A DNA stretch of 64,000 bases from assembly GCA_964016885.1 (NCBI GenBank), contig OZ024740.1:331452001-331516000 (forward strand), in the 5' to 3' direction. The position numbers were made by a program, and so were the translations under genes. This document shows positions 21,720-37,255 of the stretch, in pieces. Source of the stretch: Eledone cirrhosa (lineage: Eukaryota). The notes under the pieces are model-generated. The model had not been told where the DNA came from. It ran no database searches and was given only the letters and a program-made list of their open reading frames with translations. The first letter of the stretch is position 1. Every line of letters begins with the position of its first letter.

Positions 21720-22152
21720 GAGAAAAGATTAAAGTTTAAACGTGAAGACTAAAATTCAAAGAGGGCTCGATAAGGATAAATATATATCAAGTATATAATA
21801 ACCCTAGAGCAAATATTTATTAACATAACAGATTAAAGTGTAAGCAAAGAATCGCTGATTTACCCTTCTGAATCGCTGCTTTCACACTTCTTAAACTAAA
21901 AAAATGAATTTGTGAACGCAGAAGTAAATATTTCGAAAATCGTTGTAGCTGAAGGAAAAGAGGAAGATGATACTTTGTTCGTGAAGACGTTCCCTAGCAA
22001 TGAACGGAAAAAGCGAAGATAAACATTGTTATGTGGAACGAGAGAACAATTTAACGCACCACAAAACAACGTTCTTGGAATAAATGAAGTCGTAGACTAA
22101 TATACTATGTGGGAAACCGAATGATTCTCGGCTTCAGAGTTAAGAATAATTA
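21720..22152 (-). mobile_element. Solo pLTR fragment of PLE family E with disrupted hammerhead
   Basis: Reverse-complement homology to 34545-34890. The HHR region at 21831-21900 is rearranged. Confidence 0.75.
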
Positions 22153-22249
22153 TTTCTACAATGGGCACAAGGCCGACAATTAACCCAGTGCATTACTGGT
22201 ACTTTATTCCATCGTCAGGTAAGGATGAAAGACAAAGTTAACTTCGGCG

Positions 22250-23257
<1,008 letters not shown>

Positions 23258-23963
23258 AGAGAGAGAGAGAGAGAGACATACACACACACACACACACAGA
23301 TAGATAGATGTTTTGGAAGCATAGTTTCCGTTTCTGTATGTCATACGCCTTCGGAATGATTCTATATTACCGTGCAAGTATATAAATATGCCCCCTGTAC
23401 ATTGTGTATTGGTTGCTGCTGGGCTTTGGACATTTGACATTAAAGTTGATGTCAGAGGTAGGTAAGTCAATATGCAGAGGGATAGATATATGAATAGACG
23501 GATGGATGAATTGATGGAGAGATAGAGTGATAGATTTAAGGATTCAAATCAAACTTTATCATTGATGTATAATCTTTATGTCATTATATCATCATTTTAA
23601 CATCGACTTTAATGAAGTTGTTAGCTTATAGCCGTTTGTTTGTCGCATTGCGGGTGTCCAATGGGGTAGAAATTATGCAATCAGAAGTATGCGGGTATCG
23701 TACGCAAATACCTCTCTTCGTTAAAAGTTGAAGAGATGACTCATTGGTTGGTGTGTTTTGATGAAGGAATTAATCGCACCCCATCATGTAAATATTACAT
23801 TCTTTAGTTTCTGATTCAAGAATCGTTTGAATATATGTAGTTCCGATTTCACCAGTTAATTTCTTTTGTCCGACTTACTGATGGTCATCGGCTTCCTGAT
23901 CATACTGGGCTTGTTACATTGTTTCTATCATCAATATTACGAATTCCATTGATTATTACACAC

Positions 23964-24052
<89 letters not shown>

Positions 24053-24381
24053 TACAACCCCCATAATACTCTTGATTGCTCGATTAAAGTGCTTATATTC
24101 CATATAATACCTTACCGCACTATAATCTTATATAAATAGGACACACGTGCATGCCCCACGTGTAACTAACTACTTCTAACTATCCTCCTGCATCACCTTC
24201 GTAAACTGCGAATATTGTTTAATAACTTTAATTTTGTTGTAATTTTCTTTTAATATGACTTTAATCTTTGAATGTAAACTGCCATGCTTAAATATTATAA
24301 TGAATGTCAAACCACTGTGCACAATATATACATATGTTTCTGTATGTCTCTTGTGTTGAAAAGGAGGTCAAGTATGTAAAC

Positions 24382-24453
24382 AATCATTGAAAAATTGCTC
24401 CGAACACTCCAAACCTCGGTTTGGAAGAAACAATTGTAAGCGAATAAATGATT
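24382..24453 (+). ncRNA. Hammerhead-like fold with atypical core CCGAACA (family C pLTR); second copy at 28597-28668
   Basis: Stem I TTGCT/AGCGA plus AATCATT/AATGATT. Stem II TCCAAAC-CTCG-GTTTGGA. GAAAC-AATT-GTA with palindromic ACAATTGT. Confidence 0.6.
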
Positions 24454-24692
24454 TGAACAGAACTTTGATTCATGTAATTTCTATATAACTGCTCTGTAGA
24501 ACAACTGATGTTATTACATTGAGCTAATTATCTTACTGGTAATAAGGTAGTAATAAATTACTGTGTTTCACTGTTTAGGGTTTAAAATATATATAACTAT
24601 AAAAGGTTTTAGTATATACATAACCATAAATAGTATCCTTAATACTATTAACTGCTCCATACTGTTGAGCTGACATACAATAAATTACCAGT

Positions 24693-27152
24693 ATGCTGAT
24701 CAAAGACCAACTCCCTATGTCAACCAAGAACATACCAATACCATCCAAGAATACATATGAAAAATTATTGATCGACAGTGTAAATTCCTTTATCAATAGA
24801 GTTAGATGGAGGACATTCCATTGTGATAAAAACAAATCTAACAAGGTTAATAATACTAAAAAAATTGACTCCTTCGCCTTTAAAACCTTTAGAAGCCCCC
24901 CTAATAACACACTACTAAACTCCTTTGAAAATTACCTAATAAAACTAGTTAAGAACATTAAATACAAAAAACACCGTAATAAAAACAACACCTTCTTAAA
25001 AAAACTTAACACCTCTATTAATGAATTCAAAACTAGTAATAAGATTATTGTGCATTCAGACAAAACTAATAACATATACAACCTAGATTCTAACACTTAT
25101 AGAAAGTTTATATATAATGAACTACATAAAAGCTACAAGAAAACTACTATGAAAAACTTAGAAGATATTAATATGGAAGGCTATAATATAGTGTCCAAAC
25201 TAGGACTTCAGAGACATACACAACTATATACCCAAAACCCCCCTAGATTCTCTCTGAAGGACCATAAGGAAGACTTCATTAACAACCCCTTGATTAGGCT
25301 TATCTGCCCTTCCAAGTCTGACATTGGCATTATCAGTAAGAAAATTTTAGACAAAATCATCCCACATTAAACACAAGATATACCTTAAACAATGGGGAAA
25401 TACGGGTGAAGTTATTGAATGGTTCAAAGATATCAAGGATAACAAGGATAAAAGATGTATTCAATTTGATATCAATTCATACTACACCTCTATTTCCCCT
25501 ATCCTATTAAATAAGGCACTAATCATGGCCATGGACAATAGTGACCTGACTAGACCCCAGATTGATGTCATACTTGCGGCCTGTAAAACCGTAATTACCT
25601 TTGAAGACCAATTATGGACCCGCAAATATACGCAAAACAACTTCGACATAACCATGGGATCTAGTGACTCGGCGCAGGTCACTGATTTGGTCGGCCTATA
25701 TTTACTTAACGAAATTCATAAGGACCTTCCATACCTCATCGGTGGTTTGTACCACGATGATGCACTTCTACTTATAGACTATAAAAAATTGAATATAGAA
25801 AGAACTAGAAAACTATTGCACAAGACATTCAAAAACTATAACCTTAATATCACCATGGACAAACACACTAAAAACGTTAACTTCCTGGACGCCACCCTCT
25901 ACCTAGACTCAAAGATATATACACCTTTCCATAAACCTAACGAAAAACTCAATTACGTAGATACCAAGTCTAACCATCCTAGATCAATATTAAACTCTAT
26001 CTCTTAGGGAGTATCCAATAGAATCTCTAATCTATCATATGACATAAACATATTTAGCAAAAACTCGCAATATTATAATCAGGCATTAGCTAGATGAGGC
26101 CATAATATAGAGATCGAGTTCCTACCTACAAAAACACATAGCTACAATATTATTTCGCACAATATGTCCATGAGGAAATTTAGTAATAAGAATAGCAACC
26201 ACACACACACTAATACGGTGGATGCCAACAAAAGTAACCCACACCACAGAAATTACCATAGTACCATAAATAGAAACAACTCACCAGGCATAAAAAACAA
26301 AAATAGAAGAAGAAATAATACATTGTTCAACCCTCCTTTCAATCTAAACGTATCTACCGACCTACCTAGAGCTTTCTTCTCACTCCTAGATAAAAAAAAA
26401 CTTCCCATCTGGCCACAAGTCCCATAGCCTTTTAAACAAAAAACACCATTAAAATCTCCTACTCTACTACGCCTAAGATAGCTTACCACATAGCTAGTAG
26501 CAATAAAAGAAAAATTAATTCTTACTTCCAACAAACTAAATCACAACAGGCAATAAACCTTCATAATAACATTATATCAACTAACCTAAATAACGATAGT
26601 AATAATAGTAATAGCACTAGTGTAAGTAATAACTCTCGGAATATCAACCCCCATAACCATAATCCTATAGCTACCATCCGCACTTCTACACAACATAATA
26701 ACCGACAGACTAACACCCAGAATAATTGTCACTGTAGATCAAATAGAACCTGCCCTTTAGATAAAAAATGCTTAATCAAGGATATAATATACTCATGCAC
26801 CGTCACAACTAGCAACTCTTCTGAAACATATATAGGCTCTACTTCAAACTGCTTCAAAACTAGATACAATTCGCACCTCCACTCTTTCAAAAAACACAGT
26901 CTAGCCAACTCCACTTCACTATCTAGCTACATCCACTATCTAAAAACTAAAAATAAATCTTATACACTTAATGGGAAGTGATAGGTAACGCGACATCGTA
27001 AAAACCACCTAATAAATTGTGTAACCTCTGTCTACTCGAGACCCACACTATTAGCTTCTCAAACCGTAACCTCCTTAATAGAAATTAAGAAGTGTTCGCA
27101 TCTTGCCAGCACCGCTTCCGACACTCCTTCCAAAACTTTAAACCCAATATAT
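24693..27152 (+). pseudogene. Frameshifted RT + GIY-YIG of family C (close relative of A)
   Basis: LPMSTKNIPIP, LKDHKEDF, RLICPSKSD, DITMGSSDSAQVTDLVG, LYHDDAL, LFNPPF, CHCRSNRTCPLDKKC, YIGST, CNLCLLE. Confidence 0.92.
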
Positions 27153-28714
27153 AACAATGTCAGACTTGAAACCGTCACCACCTCTAGCAACAAACCTCAA
27201 GGGCACACCTTACACCACATCTCCACAATCAATGATCCACATTAACACAAATAGTGACTTCCTTCTAGAACCGTTTAACCTAGAGATATCCCCATGTACA
27301 TCCACTTTTGGTATAATTGCCTTCAATTACTTACACTACATTACACCACTATATAATTAATGTAAACTTTAAACACTGAATGGGTTAGGCTAATGTTGTT
27401 CTGTGTATGGAGTGCGATCATTGGATAAATGGAAGATTAATTAATTTATTAACATAAAAGAACTATATAACCTATATGCTGGGTACAATGAATTATGTAC
27501 AAGTGATATATGAGTTGTACATACATGTATAACTTGATGGTCAGATTTGTGACATTGTATGTGAGAATTGATCTCTGGTCTACCCTAGTGATATTTAACT
27601 TTGCCATGCAATCAGATATGCACTGACCCAGAGCTTACCGGGAGTTATATATAGAAGTGATTATAATAAAACCCTGCCAGGTCCTGCGGGTAGACTACAC
27701 TTGCATAGATCATTGATTTGGGGATCTGACTCTTCATGTAGAATATTCAGTTGTGGCACTCTATGATAGAGGGTAATCATCATAATATGAACACCTTTAG
27801 TACTTCTTAATAGACTAGACTGTAATTTAAAGATACGATACTTATACTTAGAAACTGTTTATAACCTATATGATAGGGACTCATGTGTGACACCATTTAA
27901 TGTACATTAGGATAATATATTTTAGTTATAGAAATCAGCTAGTTACCTCCACTCACGCATTAACTCCCCTTAATCACACACACACTTCCGGAAAATGATA
28001 AGATGTTAAGCCTCGCAACAAAAACAACCTGCTATATAATATTGGATTAAAAAACAACAAGCTGTAATATTCCAACCCAATTCATCAAGCATCCAATATT
28101 GAATCATCGTAGATTATGTGAAGGACATATAATCTATATATTACGTTTCCTGGATTGTGGAAATGGTGGTGTATACGAAAAACCATAACACTGCTTTGCT
28201 TCTAATTCTTAATTTTTTTTATATTTCTCTGCACACAAGCTTCTATATCATACATATAAAATACTATACAACCCCCATAATACTCTTGATTGCCCGCTTA
28301 AAGTGCTTATATTCCATATAATAACTTACCGCACTATAATCTTATATAAATAGGACACACGTGCATGCAACACGTGTAACTAACTACTTCTAACTATCCT
28401 CCTGCATCACCCTCGTAAACTGCCAATATTGTTTTATAACTTTAATTTTGTTGTAATTTTCATTTAATATGACTTTAATCTTTGAATGTAAACTGCCATG
28501 CTTAAATATTATAATGAATGTCAACCCACTGTGCATCAATATATACATATGTTTCTGTATGTCTCTTGTGTTGAAAAGGAGGTCAAGTATGTAAACAATC
28601 ATTGAAAAATTGCTCCGAACACTCCAAACCTCGGTTTGGAAGAAACAATTGTAAGCGAATAAATGATTTGAACAGAACTTTGATTCATGTAATTTCTATA
28701 TATATATACATATA

Positions 28715-29290
28715 TATTAGAATTGGTGATCTGAAATAGTGATATATATATATGAATGTATATATAGTGTATTTTGCAATACACTGTATGCCCAATTAAG
28801 TAAGAAACCGAGATATGTCAGCTTATCTCTGTTTGTTTGGTGAAAAAAGTGACATAGTCACTAATTTAAAACAATAAGTGACATAGTCACTAATTTAAAA
28901 CAATAGCGTAAGGTCTTCAAAATACTTTTAAATACGCATACAGTGTATTGCAAAATACATTATATATATATTCATATAAATATCGCTATTTCAGAGCACC
29001 AATTCTAATTTCCAATTTTTGCTTGACCAGCAACCGCTCTGTATAATCAGTTCCTGATTATTACTGGAATTCTATAAGAATCCAGCATTCTTAATTTTCA
29101 GCAGGCAAAGGAAGTACTACGCTCTGAGGAGCAGCAACAGTACGAAACAGAGATCTGTCAGCTTATCTCCCTTATGTTGCTGAAAAAAGCAGTAAGTGAC
29201 ATAGTCACTACTTTAAAACAATAGCATAAAGTCTTCAAAATGCTTTTAATTTAGCATACAGTGTATTGCAAAAGACACTGTATATATATT
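28715..29290 (+). repeat. ORF-less ~320-bp hammerhead-containing repeat (family I), partial tandem with inverted 5' stub
   Basis: AAGTGACATAGTCAC... recurs at 28876 and 29194. 28715-28790 is the inverse of ~28935-29010. Homologue at 62800-63215. Confidence 0.75.
29110..29170 (+). ncRNA. Type I hammerhead (family I)
   Basis: GCT-CTGAGGA-GCAGCAACAGTAC-GAAAC-AGAGATCT-GTC-AGC. Stem II is weak in this copy. Confidence 0.68.
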
Positions 29291-29291
29291 C

Positions 29292-29344
<53 letters not shown>

Positions 29345-29804
29345 TGTGTTTGTGTCTGTTTGTGTATGTATTTGTGTATGAAAGTATGTGTCCGTGTGTG
29401 CGTGTGTGTGTGTTTATATAATACGTTCATAAAACAATATACGTGGTGTAATGCATTACGTTAACTCGCATTACAATCCTTCTGTAGAGTAAATACAATT
29501 ACGTTTGCATAGAGTTTAGAAGATAAATGAAAATAAAATTGCAATTTAATGATCATTTTTCTACGACTCTTTGTTCCACAAAAACACATGAATTTTCATG
29601 AATCAAACTTCTTTTTTTCAGTAAATTATAAATGACTATATAATTCTTGTAATCGGATGATAGCATTATTTTCTTTATACAGCACTGATATTCTTCTACC
29701 AGGAATGCAATTACATGATGTTTAATTAGTTAATCAGTTGGAATCTATTTATTCACTATAATCGTATACATTACATTAGGTGTTGCATTATTTATTGCTA
29801 TATT

Positions 29805-29990
29805 GGCGGTGGATTGGCAGTATCGGTAGAGGGTCGGACGCCATGCTTTGACGCATAGAGTTGCGGCCCTTGCCATTCTGAGTTCAAATCCCGCCGAGGT
29901 TAACTTTGCCTGTCATCCTTACGGGGTCTATAAAATAAAGTACCAGTAATGTACTGGATAATTTCTGGCCTTGTGCCAATAGTAGAAACA
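29805..29990 (+). mobile_element. Full-length tRNA-derived SINE (octopus-type)
   Basis: A-box-like TGGCAGTATCGG and B-box GAGTTCAAATCC. 18-bp TSD ATTATTTATTGCTATATT at 29787-29804 and 29991-30008. Confidence 0.88.
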
Positions 29991-30655
29991 ATTATTTATT
30001 GCTATATTTATTGGGAATGAGCTTGAAAAAGGACCTAGTGGGATCTGATATACTCGTCATAATTAGAGTAGAAATTATTATCGTGACTGCGGGAAGATTT
30101 GAAACAAGATAGTTTGCTAAATGATCTCATGTTACTAGATATCGTTATTGTAGCTATCAATTAAACGTACGCCCTTTGCGCCCATTTCTGCGCGTTTTAG
30201 TAATTGTGGTCTTTCGGTAAAGGTTTGTGGGCTAGCAATATTGTTTTAAAAGATCATGGGTTTCAAAGGAAGGAAGTACATCCATGACAAATGTGGTAGG
30301 TTGTTGCAACTGTATATATGCAGCAGCACAGGCTGTGTCTTTTGACTGGTGGTCACCGATGTGCCAACTGGGGAAGATCTTTGGATTTTTTCAGAAGCTT
30401 GAAATCCTGTTTTTGGAATTTGGAACGTCCGGTTAATTGTACTAGTCGAGAAATGGAACTCTATTTGATATTCACAATAGCCCGAGTACTAGTATAGCAA
30501 TTTTTCTGGCAGTCACCGATTGTATTTCTTTCTCTTGGCAGCCTAAACACGATACAATTGCAGCGAGTCATTTAGATAGTCCCTATATATTCATTTTTTA
30601 ATATTAACAGATAGCGGTATAGTATTTCACTCCGTAGTTCGAAATAGTTGGCTAC

Positions 30656-31685
30656 TCAAACAATAAATTTGTGATATACATTGTTGAAATCCTGAGCTTC
30701 TATATCCTCCACTCCCGCCTGGCTTGTCTTTATCTTTACTATATGAATCTTGATCTTAGATAGCCATTCGCCTTGGCGTATTGCCCTTGCCTTATAACAA
30801 ATCCTTTGTTCAGTCAATTCAAAGAGGCCTATTCCCTGCCAAAATTCTAACATACTTTGTCTATATCCTCTAATTGGCACGCAATTTTCATTCATAGGCT
30901 TGTTTCTAAAATAACACATCATAAGAGCCTTGTTTAACTCCTTACTCCACTTCATTCTAGCGGCGTCCATGATGAAGACCGGGCCTGCGCTGCTCAACCC
31001 CAGGTCACCTGCCGGAGAAGGCACCTACATTAGAAGCTCCAACACCATTCACGTCTTTGTGAAAACGAATGTTTTGATTAATTTCACACATTGAGGTCAG
31101 TAGTTTTAAAGTTCCACCACGACGGCCCATGAAAAACATGGAAGTGCCCTCAGCCTGTACGAGGTTCGCGCATGGCGACGAAACCACCCTGCATTCACTC
31201 ATGGAGTGTCGGCGTATTGATGACTTGTGGGTTTATGTCGAGCTCTTGCTGTCACGTGTAGGGCGGATCCGACTATCAACTTAGTCTATTGTGAAGATCG
31301 CTTCGCCGCCTTCCTTTTGAAGAGAAGGACTGACATGTTTTATCTGCTTCATGGTCATGGTAAAAGGGGTCGTGTGGTTGACGAGTTTGAAAGGGCTGAA
31401 GACAACCACTTTCCTCTTGGGCGAAGGCCTGTTTAACCTTTTCAGGTTTCACTTGAAGAGGAAAATCAGAGTGGAAAGGGAAGTGATGACTTCCTATCTC
31501 TTTGTTGAATGGTGGGAGGGACGGCTGAGCATGGTCTCTGTAGATGGGCCTGCCTTGAGCATGCAGCTGTAGATTAGAGGGAGACAACTGGAAGGGGGCA
31601 CTTTGCCCAAGCAGACAGGGTGACAGTGACCTTTTGCGGGATTTCTCCAGGAATGGCTCTTAGAGTCTCGTATCCAACGGGGAAT
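30656..31685 (-). mobile_element. 5' remnant of an R4/Dong-clade non-LTR retrotransposon (GC-richer 5' region + N-terminal domain)
   Basis: RMKWSKELNKALMMCYF...PIRGYRQSMLEFW...LTEQRICYKARAIRQGEWLS resembles the R4/Dong/Rex6 N-terminal domain. Boundaries are approximate. Confidence 0.65.
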
Positions 31686-31749
31686 TTATTATAATTGTTA
31701 TTTTGTTTTTTTAGATGCTTCTTTTTCTTAATCTCTATCATAAACTTTC

Positions 31750-31925
31750 ATTTTGCAGAAAAAACCCACACTGTATCGTCCTGTATTGTTTTAAAGACAT
31801 TATAATTATTATTGCTGTTGCTGTTGTAGTTGGTGGTGGTGGTAGTGGTGGTGGTGATAGTGGTGGTGATGGCTATTGACGTTGTTGGTGTGGTGGTGGA
31901 GCTGGTGGTTTTGTTGTTGTTGTTA
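31750..31925. repeat. (GTG/GTT)n trinucleotide microsatellite
   Basis: Visible compound trinucleotide repeats. Confidence 0.85.
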
Positions 31926-32885
31926 TTTTGTTTTCCCTCAAACATTAATGATTCATTTTGGTTTGTTTACAAATGAAAAAAATATATAGATTATATCTTG
32001 CGAATATCATGAAAACCTTAAGCCTGCAAATTTGAAACAGAAATATATCCTATTATAGAACATTACAAATATCATGCCATTCTAATAACATTTCCATTAA
32101 TGTATTTCCGTTGTCGTTCATCTAAGATTTTATTGGCTCTACCTATTCATTTTCACCACTATGTTTTTTTAACATGTTTAATGCTAAGCATTGAAATCAC
32201 TATTAGATATTTATTGGCGATTACTGCATTTTATATCTTTTGGTGTGCATTTTAATAGAGCACGAAAAGAGACGTATTATGAGGTGATTCAAATGCATTA
32301 ATTATATGTTGTTTTTCTGAGAAATAACGTTTCACATATTCAAATAATTCCTTAAATCTAATGACGATAAAAGGGTCATTTTAATTGATGACGGTGGGCT
32401 ATTTTTTCTTTTCTCCTTGTATTGAATTCTATGACTATACGAACATGATTTATATTTTGCATATACATTGTTCAGTGAATTACATATTTTTTCCTTTTTC
32501 TTTCTTTTTCTTTTTTGGGAGAGGGAGATCCATATTGCTTTATTACTTTTAAAGGACCGATTTAATGCATTTGCATTATTTTCAACGAAACGCAAAGTAT
32601 TCACAGTTGTGGAATGATTGTGAAATAACATAAATCCACCATTTTCAGCAGTTAGTACACATAAAGAGGACTGAATATTTGTGGTTCACACATTAATGCT
32701 GCAAAGAGAGGGTTGCTGGATCAATTTCACTTCAACATTAATGCCGCATGGAACAACACCATGCAAACGAATTTAGAGAGGCTAAAATGAAATGGGTACA
32801 CACACACAGACACACACAGACAGACACAGACACACACACTCACACACACACATACCCCCCCCCCACACACACACATACAGGCACA

Positions 32886-34895
<2,010 letters not shown>

Positions 34896-34914
34896 ATATA
34901 TATATATATATATA

Positions 34915-36315
34915 TAAAGGAAATGGATACAAAGTGTTTAAAACCGTTAGAACATGTTTATATAACAGTGCGCCTACGTACGTTTCGCCCGGAATGGGTT
35001 TATCAAGGGCATGGAAAACAAAACAATGATCAATATAGCACCCCGGAGGGATTTCACGGTTAAATTAACATCATAGTTCATTCTTCTCCTCTGTGCATGT
35101 GTTGTTATTATCGCAGACCAGGGGGAGTAACTCTGGCCGGTGTTCAAACAATACATTCCCATTTAGATTTGTATACCTGTTCTTATGCTGGTGTTTAGCA
35201 TCTTTATATTATGTGTGTTGTTTCACTAGTGCCAGTACAGGTCGGGTCTGGGGTGTACATTTATTATATAGTGGATGTAGTTTCACTAATGCTTGTTCGA
35301 GCATGGTCTGCGATGTACATTTGGTTCACATGTGTTTATTCATACCGCCTGCCCACCAGGGTGATATGGTTAAGGCAGGAGGACCCAGTTCGTAGTTTTC
35401 ATGTCGCAGTCGCTTCCCAGGCAAAATACGACGCCTGCACCCGATGTTTACAATTTATGACTGATTCTGCTTTGTTGTTTATGAGCTCGTGGGGTGTTCT
35501 TATGATTTAGTACAGCTCCATGAGGCAGAGCTGGCATTTTCCCCTGAAGTTGTAGGGTGCAGCCCTACGGACAATATCCCAGTGTGTGGAGAAGCTTATG
35601 TTGGCGTCTTGTAATGTGGGGACGTAGTTGGCAAGCGATGTGGAGTGCCTTAGTTTTTTGTTCCTGAAAGCGTGGAGATGCGTTCTAAATCTCGTTTAGG
35701 GTGACCCCTATATATTGTTTAACTCCGCTATGGCTAATTACGGTGCACCTATAAATAACCTTATCAGTCAGTCAGTTTCCCCTGAGACGGCAGCCTCCTG
35801 ACTCACGACAGTTGCATTTTCCGTCACGGTCGCTCCTAGTTCCTGAAGTAAATCTATTACTATTGCTACCTATGTTGTTATCTATGGCTCCAACTCGGTC
35901 ATTGGTACTGTTATCTCCCGAGGCGTGCGGTGTTGTACCATTATCACTCCGCACGCCGCAGCCCGTTCTGTTGCCGGTGGGTGACGCGTGTGGGTCACCG
36001 GTATATTCTCCAATCACGCCCTGTTACGTGGCTTTCGTCTGCCGGGGGTGCCATCAACCCTATTTGGTGCTGTTAGGGGGATGTTAATTTTATTAGTGTT
36101 GTGGTCATGTCTTGATGTATCTGTACTAAGATGTAGTGTTGTGTTGATCTTACTGTGATTAGTGGCTCCTATGTTTTCAGATAGATTGGGGGTGGTAGTG
36201 AAGGATATTTTGATATTGTTCCTGTTAAGTATTTTTCTGTATTTTTGATTAGGTGCGAAATTCCTCTTCAAGGCTTCGAAAATATCCTCAGTATGTCGGA
36301 GGCCACACTCCGAGA
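34915..36315 (-). mobile_element. 5'-truncated degenerate Naiad-type PLE family G (thumb end + GIY-YIG + 3' UTR)
   Basis: [80 protein letters not shown]. Flanked by (TA)n. Confidence 0.85.
34969..35011 (-). ncRNA. Hammerhead with U3-A8 core (family G)
   Basis: Minus strand reads TGCCC-TTGATAA-ACCC-ATTCC-GGGC-GAAAC-GTAC-GTA-GGCGCA, with palindromic stem III ACGTACGT. Confidence 0.65.
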
Positions 36316-36411
<96 letters not shown>

Positions 36412-36626
36412 GCATATCACTATAGTACCAGTTTGAAACTAGTTATACCATCACTATAAACAGTACTCAGTACTTGAGGTAGTAAATTACGGCTACATTT
36501 TAAAGATCGGAACACAACGACTGAGCTCTTCCTGTTTCTTCAGCCAGCTATCTCCAGAATCTGAAACTAGGCGTTGATACATGAGTTCAGCTGTTGGATC
36601 ACAGCTCTTCATAATATAATATAATG

Positions 36627-36688
<62 letters not shown>

Positions 36689-36696
<8 letters not shown>

Positions 36697-37174
36697 GTGA
36701 GGTTTTTATACAAAATGAAAAGAATACGAGGTGTCCTACATCAGTGAAAGTATAAGGAAAAAAGATATATGCGTGTGTGTGTGCGTGTGTGTGTGTGTAT
36801 GCGTATGTATGTGAATATATATGTATATATATATATATATACATAGAGATGTGTACATGTTTAAAGGGGATATATACGTGAATTCTGTCGAGGAAAATCG
36901 ATTGTGTTTTTATTCATTCCGACTAATGTACATTATATGATCGCTGTTAAAAATTCATGAACTTTGGATTTTCACGTCGGTAACTTATTAATGCTTACTA
37001 ACAAATTATATGAAGTAAGTAAATATGTAACTCGTACATTACAAGTTTAATTCAAATTTCTCATGGAACAAAGAAAATGTTTAAACTCTCATTCGCCAAA
37101 CGGTTGGACAGATATTTTAACGATATATCAATGTCCAAACACTGTGAGCAAATATCCATTTATATATATATGTA

Positions 37175-37255
<81 letters not shown>

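Larger units (their letters stand above)
24052..28702 (+). mobile_element. Degenerate Naiad-type PLE family C with ~436-bp direct pLTRs
   Basis: 24052-24487 is nearly identical to 28266-28702. (TA)n on both sides. Confidence 0.9.

Noticed and set aside
26090-26100. In-frame TGA in family C (ALAR*G) as selenocysteine
   Set aside because: It aligns to Ser/Ala in sister families rather than Cys, and the copy has many other lesions.
29805-29900. tRNA gene
   Set aside because: The A/B boxes belong to a multi-copy SINE with a TSD. No proper cloverleaf.
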